Of a stretch of 64,000 bases of DNA, positions 1 through 20,925 are shown piece by piece. Where the stretch lies: the NCBI GenBank assembly GCA_012295275.1, contig CM022670.1, positions 4,030,001 to 4,094,000 of the forward strand. The letters are read 5' to 3'. The notes beneath the pieces are model-generated. The model was not told where the DNA came from. It searched no databases and worked only from the letters and a program-made list of their open reading frames with translations. A program made the translations under genes and the position numbers. Origin of the DNA: Chrysomallon squamiferum. Its lineage: Eukaryota; Animalia; Mollusca. Every line of letters starts with the position of its first letter. Position 1 is the first letter of the stretch.

Positions 1-206
1 AAACTCTCCTGAAAAGATGATATGTTTGAAAACAACAACAACAGCAACAACAAAAAGAATTGAGAAGAAAGAAGTCTGTCGTAAATGAAAGACATGGATT
101 ACTGAATGCATTCAGTGTGGATCCACTCAAAACGTCAACAAACAACATAAAATTAATGATTTCTTTCTACACTGCAATAAAACTTTTTTATTTTCCTAAT
201 TCTTCT

Positions 207-238
<32 letters not shown>

Positions 239-2607
239 TTTTAAATCTCAAGATTTATGACATAGCCTATCTATTTTTCTCATCTGAATAAAAACCTGCT
301 GTAAATAAATTAACGCTGTATAATTATATGACGGTGTAAGGTAACACAACAAGGCTGTGTTTGTGTGACATAACCTGCATTACAGCAAGCGGCTGATAGA
401 GTATAACTCTGACAGGCAGAACGGATCGTACACGTTCAAATACATCAGTAACCGAAGTCAGCCGGTCTCGAATTTCAGCAGCGAAATATTCATAGACACA
501 CTGAAAAGAAAAGAAATGATAAAATAAAGAAAATTAGAACATTTTCAAGAAAAAGTTCTTTTACAGTCATAGTTATGCATCAGTTATTACTGAAAATTCG
601 GGTGTGTTTTTTTTTTTTATTTTTTTGTAGTGATATATTTGTACGTATCCTTCGAGTATTATAAAGCACCTAATAAAGATCTGCAGACCTCAGAAAAAAT
701 ATTTCACAAAGCCGACCTCTTTTGGTTTTGTCAAATAAAGGGCAGTTTTACCTCTTTGTGATGTCCTCACAAGCGATCTCATTTTACTCCTCTGAAATGA
801 TCAACATCTCGCTATGGTTGGGAGAATCTAATCAGAACAAACCGTTGTTAAGCACGTTTGTCTAGTGAAAAAAAGCAAAAATCTAAAGCATATGCTCCTG
901 ATGGTATTTGAGTTAGTTTGTTAGAGAGTTAATGAAATGAGAAGAGAAGCATAGTGGTCATATACTCCAATATTTAGTGATGAGAAGATGCCGGTATCAT
1001 TGAATTACTTAACCATAACGATGGTGGTATCTGGCTATCGGTGAATATTTGCATTGTAATTACATGTTATTTCGATACTGAAGTTGATTTACATTATACT
1101 CAAATGCTACTGAGAAAGATGTTTGCAATAATAAAAATACTGTCCCGCTTTTTGTATTAATAAAATAAAGGTTTTTTTGGAGGGAGGGGGGTTTGCAGCG
1201 TATTTTTGCAACCATAAAATGATAAATTGTTATTCAGATAAATTGTTAAAATAGGCTATCTATGTCTCGGCCAGTTTTTTTATTATTGTTGACCCAGCTT
1301 TTCCAAACCAGTCTATATTTATGATAAATTGATTTGACCTCGCTTAAGTGTTTTTTTTGAAAGCAGAAGAATTTTGGATTTATGCGTAAAGACATTTTTT
1401 ATATATATATATTTTTTTTTATTTTCTTTGTATACAGGTTTATATTTGTGTATAATAATAGATGTGTGCCTGTATAGCCATGGTTATCGTGGGAAGAATG
1501 AGGTATGATGCTGCATACATGTATGTATAGTCCTATGTCTACACAATAGAAATGTGTTTGTGTGTGTGTGTGTGTGTGTCTGTGTGTATGTCTGTGTGTG
1601 TGCGAGAGAAAGAAAGAGAGAGACGCAGAGAGAAAGAATGAGAAAGAGAGACGGAGGAAGAGAGAAATAAATGAGACAAATGGGGAGGGAGGGACAAATT
1701 GGAGAGAGGAAGGTGTGAAGAGAGGGAAGGGGGAGATAACAGCATACTTTCTGACTGTCTGACGTATTATATTATTAGCAAAGATTTGATCATAATAAAA
1801 CAGTAACCTTTTCGTATACAAAACGGTCAGGCTATACATTTGCACCTGGAAAAAAAGGTACGCTTAAACTAAGTTTTTACTAAATTTATATTTTTAAATC
1901 TGTTATTTTTGACAACCACATATCATCTGAGTAAATTGTGGATCGAATTTCTGTTGGTATTCTTCCACAGTGGGACTTCCTGCAGTGCCTTAAATTTCCT
2001 TGTCGTAAAACGAAAAACTTTATTATGAGTTAAACTTTTCACCCGTTTTCGCAAACTCGTTCACAAATGACACCAAATACTTGTTTGCACAGTCTGGTTC
2101 TCCTACGATCAAAACCTGCTCCGGCGGCGAGAATCCGAACCAAAATTTCAGTGATACTTCATATTACCTTTAAAACCCTCTCTGTTATTTAACTAACGAC
2201 CCCGTTCAGCAGTTTATGGTGAACGCATAAAATAAAAGAGAGGCCTCGAAGCACTGCGCTCAATAAAACGTTAATTGCTTCGATAAATTGGAAAAATATC
2301 GGGGTTTAAAATTCTTTTCGCTCGATGATGACCGTGCGAAAGATTTCTCTTGGCAGATACAAGACAGGCTCAAGGATTACGTTCCCGCTGTGCCTGTGCA
2401 TGTTTAATGGCAAATGTTAAGAACACAGTATTAATAATGACGCAATTGTCGTAGTTGTAACCATTACCGACAGTGCCTGGAAACCATTTTGGTCCAAACT
2501 GTTATTCAGTTCTGAGTAATGTTCTGCTTGAAACATTTCTTATCCTTTCCAATACAAACAATTCATATACTGACTTGTTAGTCAGCTATAATTATGTGTT
2601 TAGGTGG

Positions 2608-2684
2608 ATGCATGTTTGTATGAATGTATGTATGTATGAATGTATGTTTGTATGAATGTATGTATGTATGAATGTATGTATGTA

Positions 2685-2748
<64 letters not shown>
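2608..2748. repeat. (TATG)n-(TG)n compound microsatellite
   Basis: Direct reading. Confidence 0.95.
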
Positions 2749-2751
<3 letters not shown>

Positions 2752-2969
2752 ACATACATATACGCTTAATAATGCTAATTATTTCAAAATATTTCAACAA
2801 TAATTACATACTGTCTATAATAACATGGGATATTTTCTTGGTAGTATAAGTAAAAGAAAATCTCTCAATGTTTTATTTATAATGAGCACTATACGTTTTT
2901 CGTATACGGTTAGCACATATGGCGTCAGACAAATTGTTATCAGATGTATGCTTATTTCAATAATAAGAA

Positions 2970-3031
<62 letters not shown>

Positions 3032-4458
3032 TGTGTGTGTACATTCTCCTTCAGACAGTAAAGTACATATCACGAACGTTGAAAAAACACTCGTGTCAAA
3101 CAAGTTTTATACGTATCTTCTCCTTGTTATGTAAATGAAATCTATTTAAGTCTATTTTGAAAATATTGCCAATTTAGTCTCGATCCTCTTTTGTGCTTTT
3201 TTTTTTTTTTTTTTTTTTGATATTATTCATGAGTCTAGTCAGCTTCAATGAGTACAGTTCTAAACGGTTATTTAATAAGGTTTATCCGAAAATAAATGGT
3301 TGTTTATTCCATACCGGTCCTACAGGTAAATCAGGAGTTTAATAATAACTTCATAAATCTTCATATATGTAAAACTGGATATTAATGTGACTAATAATAT
3401 TTTCTTTTATATAAGTGTAATTATATACTTGGATATCTTCTGTGTTTCTTTATAATTATAATTATGTTTGTGAGGGTGGGTGAATGTAAAGTGAAGTATA
3501 TATTTGAATATGCTGACGAAGACAAGTATAATAACACAAGGTCAAAAGAAATTATTCTTCCGAAATTATTCTTTCAAAATAAATAAATAAATATATTATA
3601 ATAAATAAATAAATAAATAAATAAATACATTTTTGTTGTTGTTGTTGTTTGTTTGTTGTTTGTGGGGGTTTGTTATTGTTGTTTCTGCTGTTGTTGCTTT
3701 TTAAATACCAAAACATCAGTGAAGAATTAAAAATGTCTAAAAAGGACTCGATAATTTCATCCAACATTTTGTTTTAATCGTAACATGATTTTACACATCA
3801 AAACCTTTTTTGTCAGTGTCAAAATCTCTCAGATGTTTGAGTTTTGTGTTAAATAAATTATTATCCGTAGGCGTTTGTCACTTCCCACGTTTCAAGTTGA
3901 AGTACTTACCAGGCAGGGCAGAGCAACAGGGCAGCTCTAATGTGTCAGAGCTTATGATAAACGATGGCAAATATCAGTTAGTTTCACAGTTAATATGAAG
4001 AATCACCTTTCTGTGGCTTTGTTTTCTTAAATTTTTTGTTAGTTTTAATTAGCTTCGTTTTGCTGTTGTTGTTTTTTTATAATTTTTATTTTATTTTTTT
4101 TTTTATAATTTAATTTTTTTTTTTTTTTTTTCTTTTATTTTTTAATTTTAATTTTCATATTTTATTTTTTTTTATTTTACTGGTGTTTTTTTTTTTTCAT
4201 TTATTTTTTTATTTCACTCTATTCTATTTTATTATTTTACTCTTTTTCAATTCGTGGCATGTTCTCTTCAGCCAGTGACAAGATGTTTATAAAAGAACTC
4301 TTACTGCTAATCCGTAACAGTAGATGTTAGGTGACAAAAGATTTCTTTTTTCATACTTTATATCACAACAAATCTCTTTCATTTAACACATCTCCATCTC
4401 CATCTCTCTCTTTTTCTCTCCTTCTAACTTTCACTCTCCATCTCTATCTGTATGTACA

Positions 4459-4730
<272 letters not shown>

Positions 4731-5464
4731 ATTCATATAAAAAACCCACTGTATAAACCAAGAGTGACATGACATTACTGTTATTATTGTACGTAACTTG
4801 ATATATAAAGACTGGTAATTCTCTGAATTTTGAGCTATATAATGACAATTGCTTTAGGGTTAAAAATAGCCATGGATGCGTTAAAGAGCAGTGAATCTCT
4901 AATCTCTTCGTTGTGGATTTTTAAAATTTATTTTTATATGTTATGAGTATAGAGGGTGTGTATTTTAAATATTATGTATATTACGTAATTAATCATGTGT
5001 AAAGATAATTTATCTAGATACATGGGTGTGTCCTCTCTCGTAATAAATATACCTATGACTTTTAATTTACATTATTATTATTATTATTATTATTGTTGTT
5101 GTTGTTGTTGTTGTTGATGATGTTGTGGTTGTTGTTGTTGTTGTTTTTATTATTATTATTATTATTGCTGTTGCTGTTGCTGTCGCTGTTGTTATTGTTG
5201 AAACACGATTTAATCATATTTTTCTATCGGGCGAATCTTGAGGGATGGATTATTTAGTTTCATCTTTATGACCTGCTATCTTTTTATCTCGTTTTATTGC
5301 TAGATTATTTCTCAAATTCCACAGACATTATCTACAGCACTTATCAGTGACTGAGAGAGAGACACGGCATTGAGAACAACAAAAGCAGGTTGAAATTACT
5401 TAGTAGTCGAATGTCAAGCATACCTGTACTGGAAGTGGTAATTTAATAATAATAAAATATTATA

Positions 5465-5554
5465 ACTTTGAAACTAATAAAGAATCCGGACCTTCATCTA
5501 GTCTGAAACTTGCCTGTATTGTAAGTGATAATATGATAAAAAAAAAAAAAATAA

Positions 5555-5589
<35 letters not shown>

Positions 5590-5735
5590 AGTATATTAAT
5601 GTATGAAGGATAAATGCCAATAAAAATCTGGATTTTTGTCTAATGTGAAGCTTGCCTGTTTTATAAATGATATTATGTTAACAGTAAAGAAGATTAGTAC
5701 AGGAAGGATAAAACTAATAGATAGCTGGATTAATG
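5465..5735. repeat. Degenerate tandem duplication (2-3 partial copies)
   Basis: GAA(A/G)CTTGCCTGT...A(G/A)TGATA near 5505 and 5647; GAAGGATAAA near 5605 and 5703. Confidence 0.55.
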
Positions 5736-6524
5736 TAAAACACAGGCACTGTGCAAGTCGTCGTTTAACAATAAAATAAACTGAAACAGTAATACAACAA
5801 TTTCAAAAGGGTGAATGTTGGTTGACATTTTTTTTCCTTTTTGGTTGATACGTGACGTCATTAGAAAAAAATCAAAATACTATGAATAACAAATAAATGC
5901 TGAATGAAGGAATGAATAATAACGAATATGAAGATGATGATGACATAAATAAAGATAAAACCAATTTGCAATAATTTACTCGGACTAAAGGATTTTTATT
6001 TTTTTATTACGACATGACGTCACTAAAAAGAAGAAAAATGGCGGCTTGTACATATATCTTCAGCCTTGTTATTTTACTGTGACTATTTATTTTTGTCAGT
6101 AGTTACTAACAAAATAACTATTTGTAAATAAAGTAATGAAATAAATCTATACTCCAAAAACGGCCCCCGTTACTTTAATGATAACTTTAAATTTCTTAAA
6201 TGCAAGATTGCGTGTTCCATACGGTGTAATTTCAGACCTTTATCTGTTGTTTGTCATTTCTTAAAATAACTTTACGAAAAAATAATACTGGAGAGCACAA
6301 TGACATTGTTAAGATAAGTTCTTGTTACCTTGATCATTTCAACAACAACAAAAAAAAAAAGGAAAAACAAAAAGAAGAAAAAAAAAGAAAAGGTCATGAA
6401 CCTCAGTTAGAGAAATCTTTATTCACAAACCAGTGATCTTTTGAAACGAGGATGCATTGTTTTGTGGTGGGACAAAAGTTCATGCCACCCGCATGCAAAA
6501 TGCTTAGTATATAACTGTAGTTAG

Positions 6525-6558
<34 letters not shown>

Positions 6559-6647
6559 CCAATTCTAGATTGTATGGACAAAGTATATAATACGTATCTT
6601 TTGTTATATTCAAAATATACAAATATCTTTTGACTTATTCTTAGTTC

Positions 6648-6662
6648 GTGTGTGTGTGTGTG

Positions 6663-6754
<92 letters not shown>

Positions 6755-6813
6755 GTCAAATCATTGTAATTCAACATATCGTCTAGTGAAATTTATGTTT
6801 AAAACGAAAAACA

Positions 6814-6871
<58 letters not shown>

Positions 6872-6976
6872 TTAAAACAGAAGCTCCTTTACCCAATACT
6901 CTCATTCTTCGCTTCTGTATAAATAAACAAAACACAAGCATATGCACCAAATCGTTCATATTCACAAACACAAAAG

Positions 6977-7020
<44 letters not shown>
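6648..7020. repeat. Microsatellite cluster (GT)n(GA)n, (ATT)n, (CA)n
   Basis: Direct reading. Confidence 0.95.
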
Positions 7021-7029
<9 letters not shown>

Positions 7030-7926
7030 CATAGACACATAGGACTATATACACACACCCAAATTCCTTTCTACAGCAGGTAAATTAAGATAAAAAAAAA
7101 AAAAAAATTGCAAAAAAAAATCGGTCCAGTAAGCAATTTTCAAAGTAAGGCTTCGGTTCACTGGATACAAATGGGTCTGACTAAAAGGGCAAACTAGCTT
7201 ACAACAACAATTGATATTCGAGCGGCGTGACTAGCTTCATATTTTATTTTATTTTCTTCTTTTTTTCCTTTTTCTCCTTTTTGTATGGAAAAATTTTAAA
7301 ATATTTAAAGGTCACCGTTTACAAACATTCAGTAAATACTTTTGTTTACTTGTTTTCCTTTTTTTTCATTGAATTTCAGGTTAGAAATAAAATGTTAAAA
7401 AAAAAAAAAGAGAAGAAAACGTATGCCATTAAATTATATAAATTTTTAAAAAGAAAAAAGATAAAGAAGAAATGATAATAATAATAATTATGATGATGAT
7501 GATGATGATGATAATAATATTAGAAAATATAATAGAAATAAAATTAGAAAGGTAAGAAGAAAAGTTCAAAAGAGATGGACAGACCATTTGACCTGTCATT
7601 AATATTAATAAACAATAAACAAAGTAATAAAAAATTAATAATAAAAAAGCTCACATTTTAAAATGAAATTAACTAAACGATACTGTTATCATACGTATAC
7701 TTTTATTAGCTTGCTGATTAAATGCTCATTATTTAAATTTAGCCTTGTGTAATCATATTAATCACCCTACATACACCCATTAAAGAGAATATATATATCA
7801 TCTTCCTAATTTCATTTACTGAGTCGAATACTTCTTCACGAATTGAATCTGATACAGTTGATTTATTATCCAAGGTATTCCAGACTTGAAATTCAATTCC
7901 ATCGGGGCCTAGTATATGTATGTATT

Positions 7927-7988
<62 letters not shown>

Positions 7989-8645
7989 CACATGTGTATA
8001 TATATACATGTATATGTATGTACTGTATGTTATTCATAATCCATGTAAGTGTATGTATCTGCATGTAGGTGCATTATTTTATACATATCCTGGTATGTTA
8101 ACCTGCTAATGTGTAAATATTTTACTATCCCACTGCATGTAAATTTGTATCTAACCCACGGCTGTTTTCAGCCTTGATAATACGCGAGGGATTGAATATT
8201 AAATCTAAATACGCCCTAATCTGCATAAATCAGTTGTTCTGTGATATCTGATACAGACTGCCCAGGACAAAGGAATTATTTTACATTTTTGTCTGTGTGT
8301 GTGTGTGTGTGTGTATGTATGTGTATGTATCTATGTATGTATGTATGTATGTATGTTTGTGTGTGAGTAGTTATAAATAAATTAAATACACACACACATA
8401 AACATGCATATGTTTATACTTTATGAGTTTTGACAAATATATTTAATTTTTGTTTATCGGTATCTGTTTTAATATTTAATTAATTTCTGTTTCCATGAAA
8501 TTGTGGTCAGTATTAATTTTGGCATAATCTAAATTGAACTGTATACTAGTCTTAGAAATCTCAATAATTGCTTAGTGACATTTAAACATATATATATATA
8601 TTCACTGTTCTAACTAATGTAAACATGTGCGTTTATTCTTTACAG

Positions 8646-15845
<7,200 letters not shown>

Positions 15846-15855
15846 AGAAAAAGTT

Positions 15856-15861
15856 AATAAA
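15856..15861 (+). terminator. Candidate polyadenylation signal (AATAAA) of the SLC6 gene
   Basis: AATAAA 10 nt after the stop. Other AATAAA hexamers lie downstream (e.g. near 16379 and 17200) and the motif is common in this AT-rich DNA. Confidence 0.25.
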
Positions 15862-16073
15862 GTGTAAGACTGAGACTAAATTTCGTCTAAGACTAAGATG
15901 TATATTTAAAATATTCATTATTTATCACCTTTTTTTTTGTAGTACTGGTTTCATTGTTTTTTTTTAGTTTTTTTTAAATGACAACAATTTCCAATTATTC
16001 ACGACAAATCACTTTAAAATTAGATTTATTTCATGAACTTTATTTATTTATAATTTATTTTGTTTTATTGTTA

Positions 16074-16125
<52 letters not shown>

Positions 16126-16493
16126 GGAGGGACATTTTTTAAATGTTCGACTACATCTACCTCAAAAACTTTAATTTGAGAATAAGCATAATAATAACAA
16201 TCCTTCCTTCAACAGAGAAATAAGTTGAATACAAACATACCAACATACATTCTTTCGTGCATACACACATAAATACACACTCGCACACATAAAAACATAC
16301 GTACATACATGCGCCTACATACATAGATATATATATATAAACAATAATATTTTGTATTTTAATTTTGAACCATGACGAAATAAAACGATTATAACAATAA
16401 ACAAAATATATATTTTTATATAAGAAATTTTAAGACATCGAACACATTTTCAAGTTTTTTTTATAAGCAAATATTAGTTTAGTTTCTTTCTTC

Positions 16494-16525
<32 letters not shown>

Positions 16526-16927
16526 GTCTGTATATAATTTATATTACAGGGTTTCTTTTGTTTTGATTGATTTTTATTTAATAAATAATTTGTATACTGA
16601 TCATGAGTAATTCTAAATTTTAATGTTTAATTTGAAATCCACATTTAAGATAATATATATATATATATCACGATCTAAAGTTGTTTTAATAATGTCATAG
16701 ATCACAGAATATATTCCATTTTGAATCATTTCATTACGCCATTTTTTTTCATTTATAGTAATAGTCATATGATACTACATATGTAATCAGATTTAATAAT
16801 ATATGTGTATATGTTTTTTATAAATTATATACAAAATAAATTCATTTTCAGACGATAATGATTTTGTTGTAGTTTCACAAACAGTAGAACAATAAATGTA
16901 CAATTATATGAAGTTTTGTTGATAATT

Positions 16928-16930
<3 letters not shown>

Positions 16931-17000
<70 letters not shown>

Positions 17001-18356
17001 AATGAGTAAACTTTTTGATTTTGTATGAAACTTTCATTCTAAATCTGTTTAAATAATTTATTCATTTCTAACGATGTTCGAATGACAAAATTATTCTATT
17101 AGATTTACTGATATATTATCTACAAATGATTTTAGATTTACACATACTCGCAGTTCATTGCTACTACAGTGAGTATTTGATGCTATTTTCATATATATAA
17201 ATAAAATATCAAACACAAAATAATTGTTATCCAGAACATCGACTGGTTTCTATAATAACATACAAGAACAGTAACCCTTAACATCAGAAATGTACATTGT
17301 AGTTATGTCCCTTATGTTACTTTTTATTTATTTATTTATTTGATTTATTTGATTTATTTTCATGAGAAATAATTATAATTACATGTTCTAGGCCTAAAAA
17401 TAAAGATAGTGTACAAATTAACATTTTGAACTGGTTTTGATACATTTTAATTTTTCTTTCCTTTTATTTGTTTTTTTTTAAATATTATTTCGCTTTAATT
17501 TTTTTTTTTTTTTTTTTTTTAAATAAAAGTGATAATATAAAAACTGAAATAAATGAGGAAGGTATTGGTTTTTTTCCCGACAACTTATGGTTTGGGGTTA
17601 TAAATCATAGTACACATGGGACATTAAATGGACATCAAATGAGAGAGAATGCACTATCATAGTTATTAACATCTTGAGATCTTTTATATACATATTCCCA
17701 ATACACGAATCTGGATTATGACGTCAGTGATGAAAGGAAGACATTATTTCCTATCCTTTCGGAATCTCGATATCCTAAACAGATAGATAGAAAAACAGAT
17801 ACAAAACGATCAGCATTCACAATTACGATAGCATACTAGGTAAACGTACTACACCAAATAAAACCAGGAACTTAAATATTAATATACCTGATTAAACAAA
17901 CAAACAAACAAACCAAAATAAATAAATAAACTATTTATGTATAAGCCTTTTTTGTTGTTGTTGTTGTTGTTGTTTTTTAGCCAACCACTCTATTGCTAGA
18001 CTGAAAACAAAGCGTTAATACCCGTATTATTAATCAAAATCTCGCAGGTCGGGGCGATATTGCTGCGTGACCTACCGACTTAAGGAAACTACATCTGCCC
18101 CACATTTGTAAACTGCCAGGTACTAACTAGACGAGGCGAGCGCGTGCCAGTAAGTGAAACATTCTTTTAGCAAATGAATGGAATTTTAATGTCTTTCCAA
18201 GCGCAGCTGCTTTGGAGAAATTCAGACTGCCACCCAGGCCATTGAGAACAGCCTTCTTTCTCTTCTAAGAAAAAAACGAACAACTGTAAGAAACCAAAAA
18301 CTTATTTTATCGTACCATTCCGAAATCACGATTCCGATATTTGAATAGGATTATTA

Positions 18357-18411
<55 letters not shown>

Positions 18412-18522
18412 TTACTATTACTGCTGCTAATAATAATGATGATGATGGTAACAAAAAATGAATTCTTCTTATTATTATTGTAGTTGCTGTTGTGTTTTTA
18501 CAAACTGAATATACACATTTTT

Positions 18523-18612
<90 letters not shown>

Positions 18613-19989
18613 CAGATATACACACACAGTATTAATTTTGTTTTTCTGGTTTTTATTTTATTTTATTTTATTTTATTTTCGCTTTTTGTTTTAGTTATAC
18701 AATAACACGCTTTTTTTTTTTTTTTTTACATACTGATAAATGGTTCTTGAACGTCACACAGTTGGATTGTACCTTTATGATATTTAGCTTTGCTAAACCA
18801 ATCAAGAAGAGAACTCTGTGGCCTGACAGAATTGAATTAGGTTTCTGTTTAATAATTTCCGGTGCAAAACTGAAATACCCGATTACATATTTTGCATCAC
18901 TGGAAATCGATAACATAGCTCTACCTAGAAATTTTAAACTGCAAAAACTGTATTGTAAGATTTATGTCAGAATTTCTATTAAAGTACTAGTATATGCATG
19001 TCTATATTAGTGGAGCATTGATTGATTGATTGATTGATTGAGAGAGAGAGAGAGAGAGATTATGTTTATATGTGTCTCTCTGTGTGTGTATATGTGTATG
19101 TATGCATGGTTAAAGTGTAGTAAATTTACCTATGTATATATTAATTTCTGTATATATGTACTTCATTCTATTTGTTCTTCTTTTTTTTTTTTTTTTTTTT
19201 TTTTCTTATTAGAATTTTTCTAGAGGTTTTGTTTGATTTAGCTTAGGTTGTTTGTTTGTTTCGTGTTCCCTTACACTACTAAACACGACTGCGAAACATA
19301 CAATTGTTATGTAGTGATGATGTCTAAAGATAAAGTTGTCATTAACAGCAAAAAGAAATGCATTAAATGCACCTTCTCGTAGACAGGAAAGAAGTAACCG
19401 TTACCGCTGTGATCAGAAACGATAGCCGATATCAGGTATTACTTAAACGTCCCTTCTACAATGAACTGATCACAGAAACTTATCAAATCTCATGCCAGTA
19501 TCACAGCCAATGAAATCCAAACAGCTACATGAACTGACCATGCACCTCGTGGATCAGAATTTCTCAGAGAATGTGTTGTTTAACCAGCTGCCGGGAATGC
19601 GATAGTTGGTGTACAGTGTATATAATGCAGCATTTGTGTAAATATCCGGTTAGGCCCAAATCATGCAGATATAAGTCAAATATAGATTTCTGTCTCATGT
19701 GATACTGTTCAATACTTCATTGAGATTTGTGTATTCTGCGGTAAACTGTTTCTCGTTGCATGTTCATTGACCTGTCGTTCTGTTTTTATCGTTTGGCTTC
19801 ATTTCGAGACTGTCAGACATACAGCTTGGTAATAATCGTCACAGTATTATAATATCAAATCATACTGCTCAAAATACTCAAATGAAATGCATACAACAGA
19901 CACGCGTACGCACGCACAGAAATAGAAACAGACACGAGACACACATATCCACATACGCGCACACATATAATTATAAACAGAGATAAATG

Positions 19990-20072
<83 letters not shown>

Positions 20073-20212
20073 GAAATATAAGACATCAGACTGAGATATT
20101 ATAAACATCTACTACATTCGTTTTTCCATTAGTCCCAAGAGACAAGACATAATATACTTTGATCTTTAATATATCAATTACTATTATTATAATTATAATT
20201 ATGATGATGATG

Positions 20213-20254
<42 letters not shown>

Positions 20255-20569
20255 TTTATTTTTTTTTATTTTAAGAGTTTGATTTTGATCACAGTTTATA
20301 AATAAAATGAATGTTTATTTAGCGTCAGTTACTTACGGCGGTTTCTGTTTTTGCCTACCTCCGTAGGTAATTAAAGTAATTATGTCTCAGTTCTCAACGA
20401 CGTGAGAAACGCAGCTATAAATAGCTTCTCATTACTAAAACAGAGCTCAGATAAAAGAAGTATAAATTAGTCAATCATTTATCTATCTATTACTCACTAC
20501 CAATGACCGTTAGTTCACTTACTTGTCTGTTCCTGAATTAATTATTACTATGCCAGATCTTTTCTTTCA

Positions 20570-20618
<49 letters not shown>

Positions 20619-20842
20619 TCTTTAATAATGTTAACTATACTTTTACACTGCTTGAAAATATTATTATTATTATTATTATTGGCTTGTCGAAATAATGCAT
20701 AAACCAAAAGAATAATTTGAAAGGTTTGTGCTTTAGATTAATTCAGTATTGGTTAAACGATTTGTTGCATACGGAACACAAACGGAAAAGAGATAAAACG
20801 CACTGTGCAACCGAATGTACAAGAAAATGAATGGGATTAAGA

Positions 20843-20922
<80 letters not shown>
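16931..20922. repeat. Intergenic microsatellites: (GA)n 16931-16995, (AAT)n about 18354-18408, (CT)n 18526-18608, (GA)n 19993-20068, poly-T about 20572-20615, (GA)n 20849-20922
   Basis: Direct reading; the span covers separate tracts, not one continuous repeat. Confidence 0.9.

Positions 20923-20925
<3 letters not shown>

Noticed and set aside
3903-3922. TACTTACCAGGCAGGGCAGA resembles the 5' end of vertebrate U1 snRNA (18 of 20 nt by recollection)
   Set aside because: No U1 stem-loop I loop, later stems or Sm site follow. The first half is simply the complement of a 5' splice site, so it is better explained as a minus-strand donor or chance.
5325-5437. Candidate SLC6 first coding exon (ATG 5411, MSSIPVLEV)
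   Set aside because: Its donor is phase 0 while exon A needs phase 1, and no TM1 exon lies between them.
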